Of a DNA stretch of 64,000 nucleotides, positions 48,488-60,527 are shown piece by piece. Location: the NCBI GenBank assembly GCA_963844715.1, contig CAWJPJ010000006.1:352001-416000 (forward strand), given 5' to 3'. Made by a program: the position numbers and the translations under genes. The stretch's first letter is position 1. The number at the start of each line of letters is the position of its first letter. This DNA is from an uncultured Phycisphaerales bacterium (GTDB lineage Bacteria > Planctomycetota > Phycisphaerae > Tepidisphaerales > Tepidisphaeraceae). Below the pieces are notes generated by a model. The model was given only the letters and a program-made list of their open reading frames with translations, had not been told where the DNA came from and ran no database searches.

Positions 48488-48808
48488 GACGATCCTCCGT
48501 GATCGGATGAATGGAGCCGGCCCTTAATCCACTGGGCCAGCCGCAACAGTGCGTCGGCTCCAATTGTCGGTCGCCCGCCCGCCGAATTCAATGGTGTGAC
48601 AACAGCAGCATTCTGATCATAAGGGTGAGGACTTCGCCGGCTTCGGGGCCGATCATGGTGAAGCCTCGGATTTTCTGGCTGTTGGGGTCGATCAGGACTT
48701 TCATAAAGCCCTGGTTCTCGTCGATCGTAGCGGTTCGCAGGATCATGCTGGTCGGGACTTTGACTACCTGGACGGGTATCCCGCGGGTTTTGGCTTCGGT
48801 TTCGGTTA

Positions 48809-49834
48809 GAGCATTTCCCATTTTAAACTAGCGCCATCGATGCTGTTTTGCTAATCTCCGATTCAACAAGGAGGTTGCCATGGCATCGCAAACCGCTCTG
48901 ACCCGTCGATGGATCATGTCGGCGTATCGTGCCGGCAAAGGCACGAAGGAGATTTCCGCGATCTTCGGCCGATGCGAGTCGGCCGTCCGCCGCGTGCGAC
49001 AGGATGAACGTGAACGGGGGACGGCCGAACCGCTGCTTCATCTTCGTGGCCGCAAGGGGAAGTTGACCGGCGAGTTGAAGACTCGTTTGAGTCGGTTCGT
49101 GGCCGCCCGGCCGGATGCCACGCTCAACGAGATCAAAGAGAAGTTGGCGCTGGACGTGTCGCTGTCGACGGTCGACCGTTGGCTCAGGAAGCTGGGCCTC
49201 TCCTTTAAAAAAAGTCTCTCCACGCGTCCGAGCAGGATCGGCCCGACGTCGCCGCCGCGCGGACGCAGTGGCGTCGGCGGCTGAAGGACGTCGATCCCGA
49301 GCGTCTTGTTTTTGTGGATGAATCCGGGGCCAAGACGAACTTCACCCGATTGCGTGGCCGGTGCGGCCGCGGCGAACGGTTGTTGTGCAAGACCCCGGCC
49401 GGACACTGGAGCACGACCACCATGATCGCCGCGGTTCGGCTCGACGGCGCGACCGCCGGCGCGATTGTTCAAGGGGCGATGGACAGCGATGTTTTTGTCG
49501 CCTGGGTGCGTGAAGCGCTCGTGCCCAGCCTGCGAAGCGGGGACATCGTGGTGATGGACAATTTGCAGCCGCACAAACATTCAGAAGTGCGACGCCTGAT
49601 CGAAGCCGCCGGCTGCGAACTGTGGTTGCTGCCACCCTACTCGCCGGATTTGAATCCGATCGAGATGATGTGGAGCAAAGCGAAGCAACTGATCCGCTCG
49701 GCGGAGCCCAGAACGTTCGACACCTTGGTCCGGGCTGTGTTCGCGGCAATGGACGCCGTTACGACCGAAGATGCCGCGGGATTTTTCCGCCATTGCGGTT
49801 ACCGCCAGCCGCTAGTTTAATTTGGGAAATGCTC
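48809..49834 (+). mobile_element. IS630-family insertion sequence with TA target duplication
   Basis: TIR gagcatttcccattttaaactagc versus gagcatttcccaaattaaactagc; TA at 48807-48808 and 49835-49836. Confidence 0.92.
48880..49820 (+). CDS. IS630 transposase (orfA/orfB, slippery TTTAAAAAAAG at ~49204-49214)
   Basis: PDATL.E HTH region; FVDESG, VMDN...HK, LPPYSPDLNPIE. Confidence 0.9.
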
Positions 49835-51127
49835 TAATCCGATTTGTGCGACCTGCGGATCGGTGAAAAGAACGGACGGGATGAGGCGGTCGCGCGTTGA
49901 ATGGGATTTGCCGGCGAGGTTGTCGCGGACGACGCGGAAATCATCATACGATACATGCGTGAATTGGGGGCTGCCGGCGCACTCGCCCATGGCCCAGATG
50001 TCGGCGGCGGTGGTTTCGAGACGGTCGTCGACTTTGATAAAGCCGCGTTCGTCGAGTTCGACGCCGGCGAATCCGAGGCCGATTCCGGCGGTGTTGGGGA
50101 CACGGCCAACGGCGGCAAGGATGTCGGTGGCGCGGAGGGTTTGGTTGCCGCTGCGGGTACGCACGTCCAAAGTCACGTTGACGCCAGAGCGGCCTTGCAC
50201 GCTGACCACGTCTGTTGAGAGAAGAATTTCGATGCCGTCGGCGGACAAGATGCGCTGGATTTCGGCGGCGACGTCGGGGTCTTGGTTGGGGAGAAGCTGC
50301 TGGCCGTGCTGAATAATCGTCACGCGGCTGCCGAAACGCTGGTAAGCCTGGGCAAATTCTAGGCCGACGTAACCGCCGCCGAGAACAACGAGATGCTCGG
50401 GGAGGCGATCGAGTTCGAGGATGTCGATGTGGGTCATGGGGCGGCTGTCCGCCAGGCCCGGAGTTGGGGGGATCAGGGCGTGCGTGCCGAGGTTCAGGAA
50501 GACGCGCTCGCCTTTAAGGATGCGGGTTCCGCCATCGTTCAGTTTTACTTCGACGGTTTTGGGTTCGATGAACGTGGCTTCGCCGAGGATAAGATCGGTG
50601 CCGGCGGCCTTATAAAGGTCGAGGTGCGCCGCGATCTCGGACTCGACCATTTTGCGCTTTCTCTGACGAACGGCGGCCATGTCGATTGACGTTGGACCGG
50701 TACGGGACCCAAAATGAGCCGCGTGATGAACCAGATCGGCGACTTTGTGCGCTCCAGATAACGTTCTTGCTGGGAAGGCAATTGATATTCGGGCACGATC
50801 CGCCGATCCATCGCCGTTCGACGACGACGTTCTGCTCCTTGGTTTTGCCAAAATGCCAGGCCAGGCACTTGCCGGCCTCGCCGCTTCCGATGATGAGATT
50901 TTTGACGGTCTCCGTGCCCATGTTCAGGTTCCTTCCGATGACTCCAGTTGGTGAAAATGTTAGGCAGGCGAAACGGTATTGTAAGCGGTGAAAATTGCAA
51001 TAAATTTCAGTTCCGGCGAATTTTTTCCCTTGGCTAAAGCTTTGGGCGTGGGTTAGCTTGGCAGCGGCTGAAATCGCGCTTCTGGAAGTTATCCACAACT
51101 TGATCCGACTCGGCGAGGAGCGTTTCC

Positions 51128-52854
51128 ATGTCGCAAAAACGCATCGCGGACGTTTTGGTTGATACGCTGATCGCCGCGGGGGTGAAGAGAGTTTACGGCG
51201 TCGTTGGGGATTCGCTGAATGCAATTCTTGAAGCGATCGGGAAACGCAAGGAAATCGAATGGATTCACGTTCGGCACGAGGAAGCCGGCGCGTTTGCCGC
51301 AGGGCGCAAGCACATCTGACGGGGGAACTGGCGGTTTGCGCGGGGAGCTGCGGGCCGGGGAACGTGCATCTGGTGAATGGGTTGTTCGATTGCCACCGGA
51401 GCCGGGTCCCGGTTTTGGCTATCGCGGCGCAAATCCCCAGCAACGAGATCGGGAGTGCGTATTTTCAGGAAACGCATCCGGATCAGTTCTTTAAGGATTG
51501 CAGTCATTACGCCGAACTGGTTTCGCAGGCGTCGCAGATGCCGCGGGTTTTGGAAATCGCGATTCAGACGGCGCTGACGATGCAGGGGGTTTCCGTGGTG
51601 GTCATTCCCGGAGATGTGGCGACCCGGGAGATACCGGAGCGCAAGCCGAGCGCGAGCGTGCGGCGGGCGACGCCAGTGATCAGACCATCGGACAAGGAAA
51701 TCGACGACTTTGCGAAGGTCTTGAATCAGGCCAAGACCGTGACGATTCTCGCCGGGGCGGGGTGCGCGGGAGCGCATGCGGAACTGATGCAGTTTGCGGG
51801 GAAACTGAAGTCGCCGATCGTGACGACGCTGCGCGGGCGGGAGCATGTGGAATATGACAGCCCCTACGATGTGGGAATGACGGGGTTGATCGGATTTGCA
51901 TCCGGGTATCACGCCATCATGCAGTGCGAGACGCTGGTAATGCTGGGGACGGATTTCCCATACACGCAGTTTTATCCGGAGAAGGCGAAAGTGGTTCAGG
52001 TAGACGTGCGCGGGGAAAACCTCGGCCGGCGCACCCGGCTGGATCTCGGATTGATCGGGGACGTGAAGGAGACAATTAAAGCCGTCCTCGGCAAGATCAC
52101 GCCCAAAACTGACGATGCCCATCTCGTCAGATTCTTAAATCATTACAAAGATGTTCGGAAAGGTTTGGACGAACTGGCGGTGGGAAAGCCGGGGAAGAAG
52201 CCGATGCATCCGCAGTTTGTGGCGCGGGTGATCGACGAGACGGCTTCGGATGATGCGATTTTTACGTGCGACGTCGGCACGCCGACGATCTGGGCCGCGC
52301 GGTATCTGAAGATGAACGGGAAACGGCGGCTGATGGGGTCGTTCAATCATGGATCAATGGCAAATGCCATGCCTCAGGCGATTGGCGCGCAATTGGAATT
52401 CCCCGGCAGGCAGGTGGTGACGTTCTCGGGTGACGGCGGGATCGCGATGCTTTTGGGGGATCTGCTTTCGATGCGGCAGCTCAAGATCCCTGTAAAGATG
52501 GTGGTCTTCAACAACGGGGCGCTGAGTTTCGTGGAACTGGAGATGAAAGCCGCGGGATTTTTGGAGAACGGAACGGATCTGGTCAATCCGAATTTCGCGG
52601 ACTTGGCCAAGAGCGTGGGCATCCGCGGGTTCCGGGTCGAAGACCCGGCGGATTTGAAGGGGGCGATCAGCGAGGCGTTTGAGCACGATGGACCAGCGCT
52701 GGTGGATGCCGTGGTCAATCGCATGGAGCTTTCCATGCCCCCCACCATTACGCTGGACCAAGCCAAGGGATTTAGTTTGTGGGCGATCAAGGCGGTGCTG
52801 AGCGGTCGGGCGAGTGAACTGGTGGATTTGGCGGCGACCAACCTATTGCGCTAA
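51128..52854 (+). CDS. poxB: Pyruvate:quinone oxidoreductase (frameshift at ~51300)
   Basis: [52 protein letters not shown]. Confidence 0.92.
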
Positions 52855-52883
52855 TCGATGGTTTCCTTAACGGAGACACAGCC

Positions 52884-54390
52884 GTGAGCCCTTCCGATCC
52901 CAAAACGGCTTCGCAATTCGATGTGGTTCTCGTCGGTGCGGGGATTATGAGCGCGACGCTGGCCGTGTTCCTAAAAGAACTTCAGCCGGACTTGAAGATC
53001 GCGATTTTTGAGAAGCTGGACGGAGCGGCGGAGGAGAGTTCAAACGCCTGGAATAACGCGGGGACGGGGCACGCGGCGCTGTGCGAATTGAACTACACGC
53101 CGGAGGACGCCAATGGGACGATCGATATTTCAAAGGCGCTGGGCGTGAACACGGAGTTCGATCTGTCCCGGCAATTTTGGGCTTATCTGGCGAAAAAGGG
53201 ATCGATCAAAGACCCGCAAGCGTTCATTCATTCCGTGCCCCACTGTTCCTTTGTGCGCAGGACCGGAAAATGCGGCGTTTCTCAAAAAACGATTCGACGC
53301 CCTGACGGCGCATCACTGCTATCGAGGGATGGAGTTCGCGGATGACAAAAAGGTGATGGCGGATTGGTTCCCCCTGGTCATGGAAGGGCGCGACCCGGCC
53401 GAAAAACTGGCGGCGACACGCATGCGCACAGGGACGGACGTGGATTACGGGGCGCTGACGAATATTCTGCTGGGGTCTCTAAGCGGCAAGGAGGGTTGCA
53501 CGATCGAGTATTTTGCCCGCGTGCAGGACCCCCGGCGGGACGGAAACCTCTGGTGCGTTCGCGTGCGCAACGAACAGACCGGCCTGCATCGAGACGTGCG
53601 GGCGAAATGCATCTTCATCGGGGCCGGCGGCGGATCGCTGCCGCTGCTGCAAAAGTCAGGCATACCCGAATCGCGCGGCTACGCGGGTTTCCCTGTCAGC
53701 GGAATCTGGTTGCGGTGCGACAACCCGGAGATCGCATCGCGGCACCACGCGAAGGTATATGGCAAGGCGTCGGTAGGCTCGCCGCCGATGTCCGTGCCGC
53801 ATCTGGATACGCGGCATATTGAGGGAAAGCTCTCGCTATTGTTTGGGCCGTACGCGGGGTTTTCAACCAAGTTCCTCAAACACGAATCGTATCTCGACCT
53901 CTTTGGGTCGATCGATCCGGAGAATTTGCTGCCGATGCTGGCCGTTGGTCGAGATAACGTGGCGCTGACGGAATACCTGATCGGTCAGGTGCTGGAGACC
54001 GAGAACCAGCGCCTGGCTGCCCTGCGGCAATATTTTCCCAACGCGCAGAAAAGCGACTGGCGCGAGGAAGTGGCCGGGCAGCGGGTGCAGATCATTAAGA
54101 AAGACCCGGTGCACGGCGGAATCCTGCAATTCGGCACGGAACTGGTCTTCGCGGCCGATCGATCGATCGTCGCCATGCTGGGAGCTTCGCCGGGGGCTTC
54201 GACGGCGGTGTGGATCATGGTCAAGGTCCTCGAGCAGTGCTTTGCCAAGCAACTCAAGGATAGCTGGATGGGGAAGATGAAAGAGATCATCCCGTCGTAC
54301 GGGCATTCCCTCATCGACGAGGCGGATTTGTGCCGGAAAGTTCGAGCCGATACGGCGGCGGTTTTAAATCTGGAGAACGTGAACGCATGA
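52884..54390 (+). CDS. mqo: Malate:quinone oxidoreductase (frameshift at ~53258)
   Basis: [61 protein letters not shown]. Confidence 0.93.
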
Positions 54391-54752
54391 TCAGAGCTTA
54401 TCGACTGGTTACCGGCGAGGATGGCCATTCCCACGTGACGCGCGGGAGCGTCATGGACAACGAAACGCTGCCGGCGGCCTCGATTTTGTTTGAAGAAACG
54501 CCGCCGCATTCATCCCTGGATTGGCACAACGCGCCGACGACGCAATATGTGATCACGCTGACGGGAGTTCTGGAATTCACAACGCGCGGCGGCGAGAAAT
54601 TTGTCGTCAATCCGGGAGAAATACTCGTGGCACTGGATACGATGGGGAGCGGCCATAAGTGGCGGCTGATTAACGATCAACCTTGGACGCGGTTGTATGT
54701 GGCGATCAAGGATGGAATGAAGGTTAATTTTCGGGCGGATGACGGGAAATAG
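54387..54752 (+). CDS. Cupin-like protein
   Basis: [36 protein letters not shown] overlap with mqo. Confidence 0.7.
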   Translation: MIRAYRLVTGEDGHSHVTRGSVMDNETLPAASILFEETPPHSSLDWHNAPTTQYVITLTGVLEFTTRGGEKFVVNPGEILVALDTMGSGHKWRLINDQPWTRLYVAIKDGMKVNFRADDGK

Positions 54753-54785
54753 TTTATTCGCAATACTCATCGCTTGTTAAAAGCA

Positions 54786-54901
54786 TTGGCACAGAGGACG
54801 CAGAGACCACAGAGGGCACAGAGAAATACTTTTTATTTTCTCGTCCGTGCCTTTACCGCACTCCTCTGTGCCCTCTGTGATCTCTGTGTCCTCTGTGCTA
54901 A
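54786..54901. repeat. Long inverted repeat of CACAGAG units between convergent genes (REP-like; possible bidirectional terminator)
   Basis: ggcacagaggacgcagagaccacagagggcacagag ... ctctgtgccctctgtgatctctgtgtcctctgtgct. Confidence 0.75.
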
Positions 54902-54932
54902 TGATTTTGTGCATACCGCAGGGCAGATCGGA

Positions 54933-55974
54933 TTAATCCTCGTCACCGAGCGAAAACTTGGCCGGCATTTTTGAATAAATGAATAGGAAGTAGCACCCGG
55001 CGAGAATCACGCCGGGGATCCACCACATGAGGGCTAATCTAAGGCTGTCGGTGGGGGCGGCTGCGCTGGCGACGGTGAGGCCGTTTGCGGCGATTCGGGC
55101 GGGTAATACGTAGGGGTAAATTCCGAACGCCGCGCTACCCAATACCGCATAAAGAGCGCCTGAGGAGGCCAGATACGCCCGGCCGGCGTGGCCTTGTTGG
55201 CGACATGGCTCTGGTGCGGATGATCGCCCCGACAGCCAAAAGCGGCAGGACGATGCCCCACCAATGGGCGCGGATATTTATGCGCACCTGCGGCTGGAGG
55301 ATGGTGCTGGTCACGACGCAAACGATCAGGGCGATCACCATGGCCAGCCACAGATCATCGGCGACTTTTGTCGCGCGCTCCTGGACCGGGCCATCGGTAT
55401 ATCGAACGAGCCAGAGGGCGCCGTGATGGGCCAGGGCGATGAGGGCGGTCACGCCGACGAGGATGGTGAACCAGTCGAGGATTCCTGTTTGATCGCTGAC
55501 TCGGAAGTTGGTCCAGAGGGCTTCGAAGAAGGTGCCGCCCGTTTCATCGAAGGGGACGCCGCGGACGAAATTGCCCAGGGCGGCTCCGAGGCAGACCGCG
55601 AGCAGGATGCTGGAGATGAAAAACACCACATCCCAGAACCGGGTCCAAAGGGGGTCGGCGATTCGATCGCGCAATTCGATCGCGATTCCACGGCCCATGA
55701 GCAGCCAGAGCACCAGCATGATGGCGAGGTAGAACCCGCTGAGCGATTCGGCCAGCAGTCGCGGGAAGGCGAGGACCATCGTGCCGCCGATGACGACGAG
55801 CCAGACTTCGTTGGGTTTCCAGACCTGGTGAATGGATTGAAGGACCTGGCGGCGCTGGTTTTCATCGCGGCCGACGAAAAAGTAGAGAATTCCCACCCCG
55901 ATGTCGGTACCGCCGAAAGCGACGAAAGTCGCCAGGGTGATCCAGAAGAGGCAGAACCAGAGGGTTGCCATCAT
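54933..55974 (-). CDS. cydB: Cytochrome bd ubiquinol oxidase subunit II (frameshifted near 3' end)
   Basis: G.DIGVG, W..NEVWL, GFY, RGIAIELR, GNFVRGVP, LTVASAAA. Confidence 0.85.
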
Positions 55975-57328
55975 GCACCCCCCGTTTGAAGCGCCGGTTC
56001 GGGGGCGCGGGCAGATTCAGGGCCGGCGTGGATGATGAGCGTCATCACGAAGAAATAGACAAAGGTGAGAAAGAGATAGAGGCCCATGAAGCCGAGCAGG
56101 GAGAACCAGACGTTTCCGGTCGAGACGTTTTGGGAGTAGCCGTCGGTGGTGCGCATAATCTGATAGATGATCCAAGGTTGGCGGCCGAGTTCGGCGGTGC
56201 ACCAGCCGGCCGTGTTGGCGATGAATGGAAACGGCAATGCGAGCATCAAAATCCACAGGACCCAGCGGGTATAGTAAAGCCTTCTGAGCAGCAGTAGCAG
56301 GAAGCTCAGCGACATGATCGCCATGAACATCGTTCCCAGGCCGACCATGATGTGATAGGCGAAGTAGAGCGGCGGGACGAAATCCGGCCACTGGTCGCGG
56401 GGAAAATCTTCGAGGCCGACGACCTTGCCCGTCCAGCGCTTATGGGTAAGAAATGAAAGGACGTGCGGCAGGATGATCGGATTGTCGATGGTCATCGTCT
56501 GCATGTTGGGCTGCCCGATCATGACGAGGGAGGCGCTCTCCTGCGTGTGGAAATGACCCTCCATCGCGGCGAATCCGACCGGCTGATACTTATAAACCTG
56601 CTTGGCGACCAGATCGCCCGTGGGCACGGCGGCCATGATGCTCGCGATGAATCCGACGAAAACGGACAGACCCAGGCATTTCGCGCAAAATCGAGATGGT
56701 GCCCGCGGAGAAGGTAGTAGCCGGCGAGGCTGGCCATCAAGAAGCAGCCGGTGATGACGGTGCCGACGACGACGTGAAAGTATTCGACGATCGCCCAGGG
56801 ATTGTTCAGCAGTCCCCAGATGGAGGTGAGGGCGATGCGATGATCGGGGAGAATTTCAAAAGCGACGGGGTGCTGCATCCAGGCGTTGGTGCAGACAATG
56901 AAATACGCGCTGAGCCACGCCCCGACGAAGACCAGGAAAGCGGCGACCCAATGCCCGAATTGGCCGAGGCGTTTTTCGCCGTAGAGAAGGGAATAGAGAA
57001 AGGCGGATTCGAGGAAGAAGGCGAAGACGCCTTCCATGCCGAGGGTTTGGCCGATGACTCCCCCCGCCGTGGCGGAGAATCGCGCCCAGTTGGTGCCGAA
57101 TTGGAATTCCATGGGGATGCCGGTGACGACGCCCATGATGAAGCTGACGCCGAGCACTTTGGTCCAGAAGCGGACGGCTCGATTCGCGGTTTCGTCGCCC
57201 GTTAATAGAGACTTCGATTTCAGAAGGAAGATCAATAGGCCCAGACCCATTGTGATCTGGGGGAAGATGTAGTGGTAGATGATGGTGAAAGCGAATTGCT
57301 GACGATGAGCCAGGGCTTGAAAATCCAT
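55971..57328 (-). CDS. cydA: Cytochrome bd ubiquinol oxidase subunit I (frameshift at ~56680)
   Basis: R.QFAFT..YHYIFP, GVVTGIPMEFQFGTNW, EGVFAFFLES, NAWMQHP, ELGRQPW. Confidence 0.92.
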
Positions 57329-57431
57329 GGCGAATTGTCCTTGCTGGTCCGACGTCGAAACAGCGTATGTCTTCGGCCTTCGCCAAACAAGTTTCATAGC
57401 GCGCGGTGCGACAGGGGAGCGGTCTCCTCTG

Positions 57432-57536
57432 CCCCCTCTCCCTGTACTCGGGGAGAGGGCAGGGGTGAGGGGCGATTGGCGCAGTTCGAGCGCACGCCCC
57501 TCACCCTATCCCTCTCCCCGAGTACAGGGAGAGGGG
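57432..57536. repeat. REP doublet (CCCTCTCCC..GGGAGAGGG type)
   Basis: cccctctccctgtactcggggagaggg.aggg.tgaggggcg and its inverted copy. Confidence 0.8.
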
Positions 57537-58817
57537 ACAAAGGGGCGGCGCAAGACGGAGCGAAAGTGGAATCGCCAGGCCGATGGCGATCGCGGCGGTT
57601 AACAGAATTGTGTAGACGATCAGGGAGATCATCTGTGCGATCAATGCCGGCGAGCTGACGCCGCCCGAATGCATAATTTGCAAACTAGCGGCGACGGCTT
57701 TGAAGGCGTAGGAGCCGGGGACCATGGCGACGACGCCGGGGAAGGCAAACGTGGCGGGCGGGGCGGCGAACTTAGTTGCGAAAATGTGGGCGAGAATTCC
57801 GGCGGCGAGGGAGCCGATTATGGTTCCCACGACGATGTCGACGCCGAGATGCCCCAGAAGTGTGCGCAGAGTGTGGCTGCACAGGCCGCAGACGACGCAC
57901 GCCCAGGCGATTTTTTTGGTGACGTTGAAGAGAAGGACGTAGCCGACGGTTGCCAGGGCGGAAAAGAGGGCGTCCTGGGCGATGGGAAGGAGCGGCGTCG
58001 CGCCGGAGGTGGGAAACTCGATTCCGGTGGCGACCGTGGCGATCATGAGGCCGAATGCGATCGCCGCGACGACGAGGAGCGCCGAGGCGAGGCGCGCGAG
58101 GCTGAGACTCATGCTGTTATGAATGGCGTCGCGGATGCTGTTGATGAGGGGCACGCCGGGGACGAGGATCATGCCGGGGGCGATGAGGCAGAGTGCGGCT
58201 GCGGGGACCGGATGCACGCGCATGGCGATCCCCCCTACCGCTCCGCCCGAAAGAGCGGCGAAGAACGTGACGGCCAGGGGATGAATATGCCGGCGGCGGA
58301 GTTGGTGCTGGAGGAGAATGGCCACGGTTCCCGCCAGAAAAGACGCGGCGAAGATGACTTTGCCCCCGCCGAAAAGCCAGGAGAGAGAGGCGGCGGTGAG
58401 ACCCAGAGCGAGTGCGACGAGCCAGCCGGGATAGAGAGGGCGTTTTTGTTCGACGGCATCGAGGCGGGCTCGCGCTTGCTCGACATCGAGCGCGCCCCGG
58501 GCCGCGTCATCGGAAATCTGGTTTAATGCTTGTACCGCCGCCATGTCGACGATCATTCCTTCGATGTGCGAGCCGACTTTGGTGCGGAATTCGCCGCCGG
58601 AGATGACCGTGAGCAAAAGCGCTTCGTAGGTGACGAGCAGATGGGTCTCGAATCCCAAGCCCCGCGCGAACTGCTCGACGGCGGCCTGCACGCGGGCGGT
58701 ATCGGCGCCATTCACCAGCAGATTTCGGCCGAGGACCAGGGCCAGATGCGCCACGTCTTCCGCGCCGGCGGCCTTGGGCGGAACTTCCTGCATGGAAATG
58801 TCGTTAGCGATTTTCAC
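57501..58817 (-). CDS. Threonine/serine exporter ThrE family protein
   Basis: [31 protein letters not shown]; about 10 TMs; GTG overlaps the fumC stop. Confidence 0.85.
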   Translation of the reverse strand: MKIANDISMQEVPPKAAGAEDVAHLALVLGRNLLVNGADTARVQAAVEQFARGLGFETHLLVTYEALLLTVISGGEFRTKVGSHIEGMIVDMAAVQALNQISDDAARGALDVEQARARLDAVEQKRPLYPGWLVALALGLTAASLSWLFGGGKVIFAASFLAGTVAILLQHQLRRRHIHPLAVTFFAALSGGAVGGIAMRVHPVPAAALCLIAPGMILVPGVPLINSIRDAIHNSMSLSLARLASALLVVAAIAFGLMIATVATGIEFPTSGATPLLPIAQDALFSALATVGYVLLFNVTKKIAWACVVCGLCSHTLRTLLGHLGVDIVVGTIIGSLAAGILAHIFATKFAAPPATFAFPGVVAMVPGSYAFKAVAASLQIMHSGGVSSPALIAQMISLIVYTILLTAAIAIGLAIPLSLRLAPPLCPLSLYSGRGIG

Positions 58818-60220
58818 TTTTCGACGGCGACGTAGGGGTGCACCATTTTTGCTGGATCGACGACGCGATCGAACTCGGCTTCGCTGACATAGCCGAGTTT
58901 CAGGGCGGCCGCTTTGAGCGTCAGATCGTGATCTACGGCGTAATGGGCGATCTTGGACGCCTTGTCGTAGCCAATGACCGGCGCCAGAGCCGTGACGAGC
59001 ATGAGGGAGCGCTCGACGTATTCGGCGATTTTCTTCAGATTCGGCTGGGTGCCCTCGATGAGGAACTTGCGGAAGTTGGTGCACCCGTCGGTTAAAAGAG
59101 TAATCGACTCGGCAATGTTGGCGATCATGAGGGGCTTATAAACGTTCATTTCCAGATAGCCGCCTGCGCCCCCGAAGCCGACGGCGACATCGGTGGCCAT
59201 GACCTGGACGGCGAGCATCGTCAGGGCTTCGGCCTGAGTGGGGTTGACCTTGCCGGGCATGATAGACGAGCCGGGCTCATTCTCGGGGATGTGCAACTCG
59301 GCGAAGCCGGCGCGCGGGCCGCAGGACATCAGGCGGATGTCGTTGCCGATTTTATACAACGAGGCGGCAAGCGTGCGAAGCGTGCCTGAGAGATGGACCA
59401 GGGCATCGTGCGAACCCTGGACGGCGAACTTGTTGGGGGCGCTGATAAACGGGAGGCGCGTGAATTTTGCGATTTCGGTGCAGGCCGCCTCGGCGAATCC
59501 CGGCGCGGCGTTGATCCCGGTTCCAACAGCGGTTCCGCCAAGCGCGAGTTTGTATACGCCGGGAAGGGCCGCGGCGAGGCGTTCCAGATCGTCGGAAAGC
59601 ATTCCGACATACCCGGACCACTCCTGGCCGAGAGTGATCGGCGTGGCGTCCTGCATATGGGTGCGGCCGATCTTGACGATGTTCTCCCAATCCCGCGCCT
59701 TGGCGGAGATTGCATCTCGCAACGCAGTCACGGCGGGAATCAATCGCTGGTTTACATTCAAAGCACCGCCATATACATCGCCGACGGGAACGTGTCGTTC
59801 GACGATTGCGACATGTTCACGTGATCGTTGGGATGGACCGGGCGACTTGCTGCCCAGCGGCGTGTCGGCTAGCTGGCAACATCGGTTGGAAATCACTTCA
59901 TTGACATTCATGTTGAACTGCGTGCCGCTGCCGGTCATCCAGACGTGGAGGGGAAACATGTCATGGTGCTGGCCGGCGAGAATTTCGTCGCAGACGCCGA
60001 CGATGAGGTTGACGGCGGTGTCGTTCAACCGGCCGCCGGCGTGATTGGCCACGGCGGCGGAGCGTTTGAGGATCGCATAGGCGGTGATCATCTCCCGGGG
60101 GATAAGGTCTTGGCCGATGCTGAAATGCTCTAAAGAGCGCTGGGTTTGAGCGCCCCAAAGTTTGTCGGCGGGGACTTGAACATCTCCCAGGCTGTCGGTT
60201 TCGGTTCGAAAGTCTGCCAT
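58814..60220 (-). CDS. fumC: Class II fumarate hydratase
   Basis: [45 protein letters not shown]. Confidence 0.95.
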   Translation of the reverse strand: MADFRTETDSLGDVQVPADKLWGAQTQRSLEHFSIGQDLIPREMITAYAILKRSAAVANHAGGRLNDTAVNLIVGVCDEILAGQHHDMFPLHVWMTGSGTQFNMNVNEVISNRCCQLADTPLGSKSPGPSQRSREHVAIVERHVPVGDVYGGALNVNQRLIPAVTALRDAISAKARDWENIVKIGRTHMQDATPITLGQEWSGYVGMLSDDLERLAAALPGVYKLALGGTAVGTGINAAPGFAEAACTEIAKFTRLPFISAPNKFAVQGSHDALVHLSGTLRTLAASLYKIGNDIRLMSCGPRAGFAELHIPENEPGSSIMPGKVNPTQAEALTMLAVQVMATDVAVGFGGAGGYLEMNVYKPLMIANIAESITLLTDGCTNFRKFLIEGTQPNLKKIAEYVERSLMLVTALAPVIGYDKASKIAHYAVDHDLTLKAAALKLGYVSEAEFDRVVDPAKMVHPYVAVEK

Positions 60221-60527
60221 GGGCCGCTCCCATCGGAACTTACGATTGGAATTGGGTACAGAATTGTTTTAACGGTTGCGCCGGCGGATATCCTAACAAA
60301 GGGGGAAGTGGCCGCGAACGCTTTTTTTGCTTGGACGGGAAATTTCGCAAACCGAGCAAGAGCGGGATTTGTTGGTATTTATTCGATTGACAGTCAAACG
60401 CCTAAGAAATTACTTTGCGGGTCGGACTTGATCGAGCTGCGCTTTTGTTGACTTGGAATTGAGATAAGTTGCCGATCGGAATTGTCGGGCGTTCTCTGCA
60501 TTTGGGTCTGGCGTAACGGAGAGAGCG

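Larger units (their letters stand above)
45347..48628 (-). mobile_element. 3.28 kb serine-recombinase integrative element inserted in the oxidoreductase gene
   Basis: Host frame breaks at GEVL (48627) and resumes at 45347; shared CTC at both junctions; imperfect 28-bp inverted arms at 45351-45378 and 48595-48622. Confidence 0.85.
48627..50921 (-). pseudogene. FAD-dependent pyridine nucleotide-disulfide oxidoreductase (mercuric reductase-like / RclA-like), split by IS630 and by the recombinase element
   Basis: IIGSGEAG, GGSCPNINCLPSK redox motif, LGGGYVGLEFAQ, GRVPNT, LFTDPQVAQIGL|TETEAK across the IS. Confidence 0.88.

Noticed and set aside
45347..48628. Prophage
   Set aside because: Only three genes lie between the att junctions, with no structural, replication or lysis genes.
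48627..50921. merA / mercury resistance operon
   Set aside because: No N-terminal metal-binding domain, no C-terminal Cys pair and no mer genes; only family-level similarity.
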